Virus record (IMG/VR): IMGVR_UViG_3300013767_000039
Span: 1 to 46,303 of that record
DNA from: a virus
DNA: 46,303 nucleotides
Direction: 5' to 3' (one strand)
Of the stretch, positions 17,352-26,173 are shown one piece after another. The position numbers and the translations under genes were made by a program. Position 1 is the stretch's first letter; every line of letters begins with the position of its first letter. Below the pieces are notes generated by a model. It had not been told where the DNA came from. It made no database searches and worked only from the letters and a program-made list of their open reading frames with translations.

Positions 17352-17959
17352 TGAATCTGTCTGCCCTACGCACTCAATTCTTGGGCCTCCTGAATCGGAA
17401 TGACTGCAGTAACGACTTGGCAGACACATTCATTGGACAGGCTCAAACACGTATCCAGCGAACCCTTCGTGTTCCGGGTATGGAAAAGACTCAGATTTAC
17501 ACGGCTCCAGATGTGGGTGCAGACACCCTAATCATTCCCCCGGACTTCCTGAGCATCAAATACCTGTACTGCGGGAACGTCCTGCTCAAGTACAAAGACC
17601 TCGGGCACTTCCTGCGCTATCCCCAGCAGGTTGGCATCCCTGAGATTTACACACGCATCCAAGCATCCATCCTGGTCAAGCCTGAGCCTCCTGTCGGTAC
17701 TACCACGCTGATGGTCTATTACGCAGCTCAGGCTGACCTAGAGAGTGACACCGATGAGAACTTCTTTTCGGTGGTCATGGCTGATTTGCTCATCTATGCA
17801 GCTCTGAGCTACGCCGCAGATTACTTCGTTGATGACCGTGCTCCCGCTTTCGAGTCCCGATACACCCAAATCTACGGTGACATTGAAGAGCAAAACCGCC
17901 TCGTGGAGATGGACCAATCTGCCATGAACGTGGCCCCTGCCTATGACATGGAGTATTGA
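17351..17959 (+). CDS. Virion protein (202 aa), possibly a head-tail adaptor or tail tubular A-like protein
   Basis: TAATG coupling upstream. Position lies between the capsid block and the fibre. The function is guessed from position and size only. Confidence 0.45.
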   Translation: MNLSALRTQFLGLLNRNDCSNDLADTFIGQAQTRIQRTLRVPGMEKTQIYTAPDVGADTLIIPPDFLSIKYLYCGNVLLKYKDLGHFLRYPQQVGIPEIYTRIQASILVKPEPPVGTTTLMVYYAAQADLESDTDENFFSVVMADLLIYAALSYAADYFVDDRAPAFESRYTQIYGDIEEQNRLVEMDQSAMNVAPAYDMEY

Positions 17960-20337
17960 TGGGAACCAGTTTCTTTTCCACGGCAGATGATGTCGATGAG
18001 CAAAGCTCTCCCGTAGGATTCTTTGGTCAGGTTGTGGGGCCAGAATTCAACACCACTGATGCCCTGCTGGAGACCTTAGATGCAAAGATTGTCACGGTGC
18101 AGGCCAGCTCGGATGCTGCTGTAGCTGCTGCGGCGGCTGCGGCGCTCTCGGAGGCTAACTCTGCAATCGCTGAGAGCAACATCTCCCAGCTCTCTCAGTC
18201 AGCATCCAACACCCTCAGCCTGGCTAACTCTGCAATCGCCACGGCAAACGCCACGGTAGCCAGCACCAACGCTGCAGCCACTTCAGCCACCAACAGTCAG
18301 ACTGCAGCAGCAGCCTCAGCAGGCCAAGCAGCCTCTAGTGCGACTGCAGCAGCCAACAGTGCTACCGCAGCCTCCAGCAGTCAGACTGCAGCAGCCGGGA
18401 GTGCCACTGCGGCATCCAGTAGCCAAACTGCAGCAGCAGGAAGTGCTACCGCAGCAGCCAACAGCGCCTCCAATGCTGCCTCTAGCGCGTCCTCTGCATC
18501 CACTCAGGCAACCAACAGTGCCTCTAGTGCAACTGCAGCAGCCAACAGCGCAACACAAGCGGCCTCTAGTGTCACTTCGGCGGCCACGCAGGCCAGCACT
18601 GCAACCAGTCAGGCAAACACTGCCACAACTCAGGCATCCAATGCTGCCTCTAGTGCGGCTGCAGCCCTGGCAAGTCAGAACGCAGCAGCCACCAGTGCAA
18701 CCAATAGCGCCAACTCGGCTACCGCATCGGCCAACAGTGCATCTCAAGCGTCTACCACTGCGGCGAACCTTAACGCCCTGCTGACGCTTCCCATCACCTC
18801 TACGGCGATGACCCTGACCGGCACTCAGTTCCTTAACGGGATCATTGAGTGTACTGGTGCCCTTACCGGCAACACCATCATCACGGTACCAGCTACGTCG
18901 CACCCGTTCATGTTGATCAACAACACCACGGGTAACTACACGCTGACCGTTCAGATGACCGGTGGAGGTCAGAGTGCCACGGTGGTCCAAGGGTACGCAG
19001 GGAATCTCTGCTGCGATGGTATCAACGGTGTCTATGCGGCCTCGTCGGCTGGTGGCAATGCCAATGCACAGTTGGTCCCTGTTACCCCTGTAGCAGGCGC
19101 TACGTTCATCTCCTTCGCTCACGTCCCTGGCTTTGCTTGGTTGATGCTGCGGGGGGTGTTCCTCGTTCCTGGAACCGACTATACGGACTCTGCTTCGGGC
19201 TTCACGCTCCAAGGGTTCTCTGCGGATGGTACCGAAGGCTTTGCGATCTTCTCGCTGAATACGGTCTCGATTGCCAATGCGCTGACTGCTGCGAGTCCTA
19301 CGATTTCCTCGGGAGCGCTTACGTTCCCTGATGGTTCCCAACAGAGCACTGCTCCTATGGGAAGGAATCGGATCATCAACGGTGACTTCCGAGTGGCGCA
19401 ATACCCCAATGCGTCACAGGCGTACGCCGCTGGGCAGCAAGGCTACTGTGGTCCTGACCGGTTCTACATTGGTAATGGTGCGGGCACTGGTGGCACGATG
19501 GCCCAATCGACTGCCACGATGACCATTGGTGGCCTTGTCGAGAACGCTGTGCAGCAATACGTAGGAACGCCGTTCACCAGCATTGCTGGCACTTCTGCCG
19601 CCTCGGGGGTAACTCAGGTCATTGAGGGATTCAATGCGTACGATCTGGTTGGTCAACAAGTAACCATCTCGTTCTGGTTCCAAGCCACTGTGGCCGGAAC
19701 GTACGGAGTCGCCCTTAGGGATGGTGCCACTAACTATGGGTACGCGACAACGTTCGCTTACAACACAGCAGGCACCCCGCAGCGAGTAGTTGTGACGGTC
19801 CCTGTGTTGCCCTCTGGAATGAGCGTCCCGCGTAGCAATACAGCCGGACTAACCCTCAACATCGGTGCCCTGAACACCGGCACGTATCAGAACCCAACAA
19901 CGGGAGCATGGTCCTCGGGTGGGAATTACTTCACCGCCCCTGGGGTAACCAACTGGTCCACGGTAACCAACAACTACATCGCCGTCGCAAGGCTCCAACT
20001 GGAAGCGGGAAACACCCTTAACCCGGTGTTTGAACGTGTGGATTACAGCGAGCAATTGAGGCGCTGCCTGCGGTACTTCAACAGCGGTTCGGCATGGGTT
20101 CAGCTAACAACCTACGCAGCAGCCTTGGCCTCAGCTAATCACGTCAGCTTCCCTGTAACGATGCGCTCCACCCCTGCGATGTCCATTACGCCTGCAGCGT
20201 TCGGTGGGGTTGGCTACATCTCGCCCAATACACATGACATCGATTCTTGGGGGTTTTCATATAACTTCAACACAGGTCAAGGTGTCAACACTACAGGCCG
20301 TGGTCAGTTGGTGTGGACAGCTAGCAGCGAATTCTAA
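17956..20337 (+). CDS. Tail fibre protein (793 aa) with a long Ala/Ser/Thr/Asn/Gln repeat shaft and a C-terminal receptor-binding-type domain
   Basis: About 230 aa of SATAASSSQTAAAG-type repeats (nt about 18090-18780). The C-terminal domain starts GRNRIINGDFRVAQ and carries EQLRRCLRYF, a pattern shared with the next gene. Confidence 0.8.
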   Translation: MMGTSFFSTADDVDEQSSPVGFFGQVVGPEFNTTDALLETLDAKIVTVQASSDAAVAAAAAAALSEANSAIAESNISQLSQSASNTLSLANSAIATANATVASTNAAATSATNSQTAAAASAGQAASSATAAANSATAASSSQTAAAGSATAASSSQTAAAGSATAAANSASNAASSASSASTQATNSASSATAAANSATQAASSVTSAATQASTATSQANTATTQASNAASSAAAALASQNAAATSATNSANSATASANSASQASTTAANLNALLTLPITSTAMTLTGTQFLNGIIECTGALTGNTIITVPATSHPFMLINNTTGNYTLTVQMTGGGQSATVVQGYAGNLCCDGINGVYAASSAGGNANAQLVPVTPVAGATFISFAHVPGFAWLMLRGVFLVPGTDYTDSASGFTLQGFSADGTEGFAIFSLNTVSIANALTAASPTISSGALTFPDGSQQSTAPMGRNRIINGDFRVAQYPNASQAYAAGQQGYCGPDRFYIGNGAGTGGTMAQSTATMTIGGLVENAVQQYVGTPFTSIAGTSAASGVTQVIEGFNAYDLVGQQVTISFWFQATVAGTYGVALRDGATNYGYATTFAYNTAGTPQRVVVTVPVLPSGMSVPRSNTAGLTLNIGALNTGTYQNPTTGAWSSGGNYFTAPGVTNWSTVTNNYIAVARLQLEAGNTLNPVFERVDYSEQLRRCLRYFNSGSAWVQLTTYAAALASANHVSFPVTMRSTPAMSITPAAFGGVGYISPNTHDIDSWGFSYNFNTGQGVNTTGRGQLVWTASSEF

Positions 20338-20349
20338 TCAAGGAGACCT

Positions 20350-21387
20350 ATGTCTTTGAATCAAACATTGGCACGGCTCTCCGACATTGGAGGTAACCAA
20401 GCTGTGCCCCTTGCGAACCGTAACTGGTTCGTTGACGGTGCCTTCGACTTCTGGACGGCATCCTCGTCTGCGCTGCCTTCTAGTGGTTCCTACGGGGCCG
20501 CAACGATGTGGCAATGCTGGCCGGGTACCGGTGGTGCTGGCTCGATCATCCGAGCGAATGCGCAGTCAAACAACATCCTTGGTGAGAGCAACATGCTCAA
20601 CTACGCGGTGTTCGCTCAGACCACGGCATCCACAGGAACCGTAGCAGCCGGTACGGTCCCTTACTTCCTTCAGCGTGTCGAAGGGGTAAACCGCTTTGCT
20701 GGTAAGTCTGTGACCCTGAGTTTCAAGATCTGGATTAACTCAGGTTCCATCACGATCCCTCAGGTCATTAGTCGTCAGTTCTTTGGAACCGGTGGTAGCC
20801 CCTCGGCTCAGAACAACGCAGACAAGGCGGTCAACTGGGTAATCACCACGACCCCTAAGCGTTTCTCTGTGCGTCTGGATGTCCCTAGCATCTCTGGGAA
20901 AACCTTGGGAACCAATGGGGATGACAACGTCTTCTTTGGGTTCTATCTCCCTCCGGGTGTCACGTTCCAGATTGGTATCGCTGAAGCTCAGGTAGAGCAG
21001 TGTAGTCCCAACTCCAGTGGTGACATCAACGGCAACGGTGGTGCCCCTACGGTGTTTGAGTATCGTGGTATGGCGGCAGAGCTTGATCGGATGCTGCGGT
21101 ATTACGAGAACGCCTACATCTTCCCAACGTACATCAACCTTGTGCCTACTGCTTCCCTTGCTGCCTACATGCAAGCGATTACGTATCAGGTGCCTAAGCG
21201 TGCCACCGGTGCGGTCTCATTCGCTGGGGTCGGGTACTACAGCGGCGGAACGCCTACCACGATGCCAGTCGGAAACATCAGTGCGGTCGCTGCATCCAAT
21301 AACGGTGTCACGTTGTATCTCAATGGCGGCATGACTAACTGCTTCGGATGCTCTGGCGGTCAGTACACCTGTGACGCTCGCCTCTAA
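20350..21387 (+). CDS. Second fibre/receptor-binding protein (345 aa), homologous to the C-terminal domain of the 793-aa fibre
   Basis: AAGGAG SD. ANRNWFVDGAFDFW and AELDRMLRYYEN parallel GRNRIINGDFRVAQ and EQLRRCLRYFN of the upstream gene. Confidence 0.6.
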   Translation: MSLNQTLARLSDIGGNQAVPLANRNWFVDGAFDFWTASSSALPSSGSYGAATMWQCWPGTGGAGSIIRANAQSNNILGESNMLNYAVFAQTTASTGTVAAGTVPYFLQRVEGVNRFAGKSVTLSFKIWINSGSITIPQVISRQFFGTGGSPSAQNNADKAVNWVITTTPKRFSVRLDVPSISGKTLGTNGDDNVFFGFYLPPGVTFQIGIAEAQVEQCSPNSSGDINGNGGAPTVFEYRGMAAELDRMLRYYENAYIFPTYINLVPTASLAAYMQAITYQVPKRATGAVSFAGVGYYSGGTPTTMPVGNISAVAASNNGVTLYLNGGMTNCFGCSGGQYTCDARL

Positions 21388-21410
21388 CCTCAATTCTCAC
21401 AAGGACAACA

Positions 21411-21839
21411 ATGTCAATTCAATTCAAGCAAGTCCGTGGGATTGACGGACAGGTGAGTGCTGCCGTAGTGCAGTACACCGATGAATCCGGTGCCGTTTGG
21501 ACGGTGCCTCTGGGCTGCGGTAATCGCCTTGAGACCCTCATGAACGACTGGGTTTCCCAAGGGAACACCACAGTCCCCGCGGACCCCATCCCTGTGGTCA
21601 TCCCTCAGTCTGTCTCCCGGTTCCAAGCCAAAGCAGCTCTAGCGAACGCTGGCCTACTCAGTCAGGTGGAGACCATCATGGCTGACCCTAGCACTCCTGC
21701 GATGTACAAGCTGGCATGGAGCGATGCTCAGGAATTCCTTAGAACCTCCCCTACCATCGCGGCTCTCAGCGGTCTCCTGAGTCTGACCTCAGCCCAGCTT
21801 GACCAACTCTTTATCGCTGCTGCAACGATCACAGCATGA
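21411..21839 (+). CDS. Hypothetical protein (142 aa) downstream of the fibres
   Basis: AAGGA SD. A role as fibre accessory or chaperone is suggested by position only. Confidence 0.55.
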   Translation: MSIQFKQVRGIDGQVSAAVVQYTDESGAVWTVPLGCGNRLETLMNDWVSQGNTTVPADPIPVVIPQSVSRFQAKAALANAGLLSQVETIMADPSTPAMYKLAWSDAQEFLRTSPTIAALSGLLSLTSAQLDQLFIAAATITA

Positions 21840-22267
21840 GGATTGCTTTCTACAAAGGTACAGACCCTGGTGTCCTAGGCCTCGCTGACAGATTCGTTCG
21901 CTGGTTCATGCGTGGCAAGTACAGCCATGTGGAGCTGGTGTTTAGCGATGGTGTCTCAGCGTCCAGCTCTGGAGCGGATGGTGGCGTTAGATTTAAGACT
22001 ATTGACCTTACCCCTGACGATTGGGATGTCTTCACCCTTCATGGGCCTGACGAATCCACAACAAGACAATGGTTCACTGACCACCACGGGCAACCCTACG
22101 ATTGGTTGGGTGACTTTGGATTCGTCTGGAGACCTACGCCGACTGAAAAGGGGAAGTGGTTTTGTAGTGAAGCTGTTGCTGCCGCTCTAGGCTTTCCTGA
22201 GCCCTGGCGCTTTGACCCCAATGCACTCGCCAGTGCCATAGAGCCTTTCCTTAATGACAACCATTGA
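21836..22267 (+). CDS. Putative permuted papain-fold (NlpC/P60 or YiiX-like) cysteine peptidase (143 aa)
   Basis: YSHVELVF (His) precedes GKWFCSEAVAAALGF (Cys), as in permuted NlpC/P60-type enzymes. ATGA coupling upstream. Motif-level call only. Confidence 0.4.
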   Translation: MRIAFYKGTDPGVLGLADRFVRWFMRGKYSHVELVFSDGVSASSSGADGGVRFKTIDLTPDDWDVFTLHGPDESTTRQWFTDHHGQPYDWLGDFGFVWRPTPTEKGKWFCSEAVAAALGFPEPWRFDPNALASAIEPFLNDNH

Positions 22268-22478
22268 CCAGCGGGTAGCTCACCTTGAGTTTCGGGTGGA
22301 TACCCACGGGGCAGAGATTGCCTCACTTCGCAATGACCAGACCGCTCTCAACAAGTCCCTGAGGGCTATTGAGACCTACCTACTTCAAATCAAGTGGGCT
22401 CTGTATGGTGGTGGCTTCATGTTTGTTGCACATTCCCTTGGACTTCCCCAAGTCCTTACCAAAATCTTCCATCTGTAA
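22254..22478 (+). CDS. Small membrane protein (74 aa), holin/antiholin-like
   Basis: N-terminal helical region plus one C-terminal TMD (IKWALYGGGFMFVAHSLGL). It sits in the lysis cluster. Confidence 0.45.
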   Translation: MTTIDQRVAHLEFRVDTHGAEIASLRNDQTALNKSLRAIETYLLQIKWALYGGGFMFVAHSLGLPQVLTKIFHL

Positions 22479-22480
22479 AT

Positions 22481-22696
22481 ATGACCGTACAAGCTATCGT
22501 AAATAAACTCGCTCAGCCGTCTTCGTGGGCTGGTATCGCAATCCTGGCCAATGTCGCCGGTCAAATCTGGGGCCTGCCTCCGGGTGTCGGTGATGGTGTG
22601 GTACAGGCGGCCACGGCTATCTGTGGTCTCGCTGCAGTGTTCCTGAATGAAAAGAGTGGAGCTGCAGCCCCTGCCCCAGCTCCCGCTAAAGCCTAA
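22481..22696 (+). CDS. Holin candidate (71 aa, two TMDs)
   Basis: ATG at 22481 lies within track ORF 22394..22696. The TMDs are WAGIAILANVAGQIWGL and VVQAATAICGLAAVFL. The gene is immediately upstream of the endolysin. Confidence 0.55.
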   Translation: MTVQAIVNKLAQPSSWAGIAILANVAGQIWGLPPGVGDGVVQAATAICGLAAVFLNEKSGAAAPAPAPAKA

Positions 22697-22702
22697 CCAC
22701 GC

Positions 22703-23071
22703 ATGACGTTCATCTTGTCTCAGCAAAGCCTGAGCAAGCTCAGCGGAGTCAACCAGGATTTGGTGAAGGTGGTCAAAAGGGCCATTGAGCTGACCACGGT
22801 TGACTTCCTGGTACTGGAGGGTCTACGCAGCCTAGCGCGTCAAGCACAACTGGTTGCGGAGGGCCATAGTCAAACCATCCACTCCAAGCACTGCATTGGT
22901 CGGGCTGTGGACTTGGCTGCTCTGAAGGACGGCAAAATCTCTTGGGATTGGCCCCTGTACGAAGAGATTGCCAAAGCCATGAAGGCTGCTGCTGCAGAGC
23001 TGAAGGTTCCCCTGACGTGGGGTGGAGAATGGAAAACGCTCAAGGACGGCCCACACTTTGAGCTACCTTGA
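22703..23071 (+). CDS. Endolysin, peptidase M15 (VanY/L-alanyl-D-glutamate peptidase type), 122 aa
   Basis: Zn-ligand motifs SKHCIGRAVDL (H-x6-D) and DGPHFE are present. It is the last gene of the plus arm. Confidence 0.85.
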   Translation: MTFILSQQSLSKLSGVNQDLVKVVKRAIELTTVDFLVLEGLRSLARQAQLVAEGHSQTIHSKHCIGRAVDLAALKDGKISWDWPLYEEIAKAMKAAAAELKVPLTWGGEWKTLKDGPHFELP

Positions 23072-23198
23072 GCGTTGAGAGAATGGGTGGGGTTCCCCTA
23101 GGACAACATTGCCCGCAACTGAGAAAAGAAAACCTAGGAGTCCCCCGTTTTCAGAGCATAACGTCCCCAGCCAGAGGAAGCACACCCCAAAACTATAG

Positions 23199-23221
23199 TC
23201 CCCTTACGTGGGGATTTTTTT
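23199..23221 (+). terminator. Rho-independent terminator at the convergence of the two arms
   Basis: TCCCC-ttacgt-GGGGA hairpin followed by T7. It abuts the stop codon of the minus-strand gene at 23221. Confidence 0.6.
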
Positions 23222-23994
23222 CAATGTGGAGCCCTGAGCCTAGTCAGAGTCTCACGTAACTTCGTCATGCCTCCACCACAGCGGATGTAGTTCTCGCTGG
23301 CCTTGTAGAGGTTCCCATCGGTGCTGTGGTCTAGGAAGTCAGTCATGCCGATGATGTAGTCAGCCTCTGTCTTCCCATGGACGGCTGCAGCACTCCTGCC
23401 GCTATCCACGAACCTCATGTCTAGGTCTGGATACTCTTGGTTGATGATGCCTGCCTGCTGTGGCTTCAGGCCCACCACCAGCACCTTGAGCTGTCTTGTT
23501 TTGACTGGAGCTTTGAGGTTCAGCCCAGCGGTGTGCTTTACAACCCCTGAGAACTCCTGAGCTATCAGGCTCTCTAGGGACATCTTCACATGTGCTACGA
23601 ACTTCTCAGCGAACGCCGTAGCCAACTGCTCAACCAGAGAATCCAGAGAGCCCCCTAGGACAGGCTTGGGCTTGGGTGCCTCTGGTACTGATACGGGTTC
23701 CAAGGCCTCAACTTCAGGCTCAGTCTCTTCAACCTCTTCGACCACCTTGGGTGCTGCAGATAGTCCGGGCTTGTTCCCTCGCCTCTTCCACTCAGCGTCC
23801 AACTCTTCTATGAGCTTCTGTATATGGGCACGGGTGCCAATTGTCTTCCTGCGTTCCGGCTGGAACAGTGCAGCCTGCCCCATACGCGCCAGCTCTAGGA
23901 ATTCAGTACTGCTGCTTCGGATGTCTTTGGCTATGAGCCAGTCCACCATCTTAGCGGTCTCGTCTGTTTTCCAAAACACTCGCTTCTGTTTCAT
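23221..23994 (-). CDS. Hypothetical protein (257 aa) with a Pro/Glu-rich linker; the C-terminal domain resembles the DUF2325 pattern
   Basis: AGGAGG SD. The C-terminal KVLVVGLKPQQAG...ADYIIGMTDFLDHSTDG...IRCGGGMTKL resembles, from memory, the vl-vGG ... aD-vi-tD-vsH pattern. The function is unknown. Confidence 0.6.
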   Translation of the reverse strand: MKQKRVFWKTDETAKMVDWLIAKDIRSSSTEFLELARMGQAALFQPERRKTIGTRAHIQKLIEELDAEWKRRGNKPGLSAAPKVVEEVEETEPEVEALEPVSVPEAPKPKPVLGGSLDSLVEQLATAFAEKFVAHVKMSLESLIAQEFSGVVKHTAGLNLKAPVKTRQLKVLVVGLKPQQAGIINQEYPDLDMRFVDSGRSAAAVHGKTEADYIIGMTDFLDHSTDGNLYKASENYIRCGGGMTKLRETLTRLRAPH

Positions 23995-24167
23995 CTTATT
24001 GCCTCCTAACGCGGCGCAACTTTAAGCCTAAGCCTAAACGGGCGATTGACAGATTGGGACAATTTTTTTGCGGATCGTGACAATGTTACAAGAATATGTC
24101 AGGTGTGCTAGAGGGGTCTCCTAGGGTGCATCACATGGTGGTGGTGGGTGGTGTGAAGGTGCGATTG

Positions 24168-24358
24168 GTGAACGCTGGGGGTGGCGTTTGCGTTCACCTG
24201 GAAGAACGTAAAGACGTTCACGGGGACGGGTGTGGATAAGCTGTGGAAAGCCTGTGGATAGCCTGTGGATAGAGCCTCCACTGAAAAACCGTTGTGTTCA
24301 CCCCCGTGAACGTAAGAGGGTGTTTGCGTTCACCCCCGTGAACAGAACTATATATATA
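24168..24358. promoter_or_regulatory. Candidate replication origin: GTTCAC/GTGAAC palindromes, 11-bp-phased iterons and a (TA)5 tract
   Basis: GTGAAC at 24168 and GTTCAC at 24192 and 24216. Perfect 16-bp palindromes GTTCACCCCCGTGAAC at 24296-24311 and 24328-24343. TATATATATA at 24349-24358. The region is noncoding and lies directly 3' of the wHTH gene. Confidence 0.5.
24231..24271 (+). repeat. Four direct iterons TGTGGA(T/A)A spaced exactly 11 bp apart
   Basis: TGTGGA starts at 24231, 24242, 24253 and 24264 (tgtggataag ctgtggaaagc ctgtggatagc ctgtggatag). Confidence 0.85.
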
Positions 24359-24361
24359 CTT

Positions 24362-24931
24362 CTAAGACAGTAAACCATTGGAGCCTGGCGGAAGCTGTGG
24401 AAAACCATCGTCAGGGCTCCTAGGGATGTCTGAGGCAGGGATGGAAGCCCTCAGGAGGCCTGAAGAAGCGTCCCACACAAAACCGTCACCCGGAATGACC
24501 TCACAGGCAGCAAAGACCTCTGGTGAGGCCACATCCCCCTTAACCGCCTCCGATATGTCCGCTAGGGTCTTCCTGAGGGTTGCAGGCACGTAGTCCAGAA
24601 CGATCGTGCAAAGAACCCTCTCCCCTAGGCGAACATCCATACGCTCACGGGCTACGTAGGTACTCCCCCTCCCCCGGTTACCCTTGGTCACCACCCTAAG
24701 CAACCGGGCCTGCAAAAGGGTGTCCACGGACTTATGAACGGCTCCAACGGACAACCCTGTCATATCCCCAAGGCGGCGCATGGACGGCCAAGCCTCACCA
24801 CTCTCAAAATCGGCATGAGCCTTGACTGCCTGCCACACACCAAAGGCATTCATGCCAATCTGAGCGGCAAGACCAGAGGCGAACATATCGCGCTGCATGG
24901 TCTGGAAAGACGTGTCAATGCTGCTTTGCAT
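24362..24931 (-). CDS. Winged-helix DNA-binding protein (189 aa), a candidate replication initiator or regulator
   Basis: AWPSMRRLGDMTGLSVGAVHKSVDTLLQARLL is a typical wHTH segment of Rep/O-type initiators. The gene overlaps the upstream gene by 17 nt and is followed by the iteron region. Confidence 0.5.
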   Translation of the reverse strand: MQSSIDTSFQTMQRDMFASGLAAQIGMNAFGVWQAVKAHADFESGEAWPSMRRLGDMTGLSVGAVHKSVDTLLQARLLRVVTKGNRGRGSTYVARERMDVRLGERVLCTIVLDYVPATLRKTLADISEAVKGDVASPEVFAACEVIPGDGFVWDASSGLLRASIPASDIPRSPDDGFPQLPPGSNGLLS

Positions 24932-25454
24932 GTCCTCCCTCCCGCTCAGTGATGAAGCGGTCTACCTCAGCGTCCACCAGGCGCTCAACCATCTTCTGAA
25001 AACTGATGCCCCCCGGCACTTGCTCCATGTACCACTGCATTTTCCGGTACAGGGCCTCACGCATACGGAAGGTGACCCCCGTGGTCTTCAGGCTCTCAAG
25101 GACATCCGGGTCTTGCCACGGGAATTTGGCAGTCTTCTTGGCCTCAGCCCTAGCCTGCTCCCGGAGCTTCGCAAGCTGGGCCTCAGCTTCCTCAAGCGTG
25201 GTGGGCTGTTGAGAGGCCTGATTAGCTTGCAAAGGGGTGATCTGCTTGGGCCTGTGGTGGGAACGCTTCACAGCGGCCTTAGAAGCCCCCACAGGCGCTT
25301 TTTCAGAGGCAGGGGCCACAGGGGTAGCCACATGGGCCTCCGTGGGCTCTACGGGGCTCTGAGGGGCCTCCACGGGGCTCTGTGAGGTTTCCCCTTGAAT
25401 GAAGGCGGCCAGTGCCTCTGGCTTGGGGGTAGTCCCCATCTTGAACTTAGACAT
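24915..25454 (-). CDS. Candidate centromere-binding partner of ParA (179 aa), with a ribbon-helix-helix-like C-terminus
   Basis: Overlaps the parA stop by 8 nt. GVTFRMREALYRKMQWYMEQ has a strand-helix pattern like ParG/RHH proteins. The N-terminus is disordered and contains QSPVE repeats. Confidence 0.4.
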   Translation of the reverse strand: MSKFKMGTTPKPEALAAFIQGETSQSPVEAPQSPVEPTEAHVATPVAPASEKAPVGASKAAVKRSHHRPKQITPLQANQASQQPTTLEEAEAQLAKLREQARAEAKKTAKFPWQDPDVLESLKTTGVTFRMREALYRKMQWYMEQVPGGISFQKMVERLVDAEVDRFITEREGGHAKQH

Positions 25455-26118
25455 TCAGAAGCTCCTTGAGGAAAGCGGCCATGTCTTCCTTGGCTGCTTG
25501 GGTGCTCTTGGAATACTCCAGCACACCCATCCCGAAGAAAGAGGCCTCACGGAAGCTGTCACGGCCTTTGATTTCAGTCTCCATGACCTTGTAGTTCGCA
25601 TAAGACTGCAGAGCTTCACGGGCGTCTGAGGCTTTCATAGAACCTGCATTAGTGCTGCAGACATTCAGGACGGCCAAGCTAATCAACTCAGGGTTCTGGA
25701 GCAGCACGTCATAAATGAGGTTGTTATTGTCCTCGAATGTATTGAGGTCAATTGGACTCGGTTGACACGGGCTGATGAGAAAGTCTGAAACAGCCGTTGC
25801 TGCTCTGAACTCTCTCATGTTCTTACCGGGTGGGCAATCAACTACCACATCATCATAGTCTTCGGCCATCTTGCGTATGCTAGTAGCTACATACAAAGGA
25901 GCTTGTGGGTTATGACGTAATTTAACACACATGAACTGGCTGAGATGCGGTTGGGTGGAACGTGCTTGAACTAGCTTGTACACACCATCTTGGTCATCCG
26001 TATCAAGGACTAGCACCTTACGTCCAAGGTTAGCCAAGTATGTTGCAACATTGAGTGTGAGAGTAGTTTTACCCACACCACCTTTAACGCAACCAAACGT
26101 ATAAATAGACATGCTCAT
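25447..26118 (-). CDS. parA: ParA/Soj-type partition ATPase (223 aa; the real start is probably ATG 26112)
   Basis: Deviant Walker A GCVKGGVGKTTLT is present, and the size is typical of type Ib ParA. AGGAG lies 7 nt before the ATG at 26112. Confidence 0.9.
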   Translation of the reverse strand: MSMSIYTFGCVKGGVGKTTLTLNVATYLANLGRKVLVLDTDDQDGVYKLVQARSTQPHLSQFMCVKLRHNPQAPLYVATSIRKMAEDYDDVVVDCPPGKNMREFRAATAVSDFLISPCQPSPIDLNTFEDNNNLIYDVLLQNPELISLAVLNVCSTNAGSMKASDAREALQSYANYKVMETEIKGRDSFREASFFGMGVLEYSKSTQAAKEDMAAFLKELLNV

Positions 26119-26144
26119 GCTCCTATGGCTGGGGAAGGGACTTC

Positions 26145-26173
26145 ATGTTAGTGCATGGAATGCACACCGTCAA
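26145..26173 (-). promoter_or_regulatory. Sigma70-like promoter for the parA operon, with an operator-like palindrome in the spacer
   Basis: The minus strand reads TTGACG-17 nt-TAACAT. The spacer contains the perfect inverted repeat GTGCAT-tcc-ATGCAC (26151-26165). Confidence 0.45.

Noticed and set aside
18316-19401. 361-aa minus-strand ORF, and the 148-aa plus-strand alternate-frame ORF (18338..18784), in the fibre repeat region
   Set aside because: Both are by-products of the GCN/AGC-rich Ala/Ser/Thr repeat coding sequence. Their translations are Cys/Arg/Gly or Pro/Gln/Leu low-complexity, with no start context.
17956-21387. Diversity-generating retroelement acting on the duplicated fibre domain
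   Set aside because: There is no reverse transcriptase gene anywhere in the window. The two homologous domains are diverged at the DNA level rather than forming a near-identical TR/VR pair.
23068-23259. 63-aa plus-strand ORF after the endolysin (considered as a possible spanin)
   Set aside because: It has no signal peptide, lipobox or TMD. It runs through the terminator hairpin and into the convergent gene.
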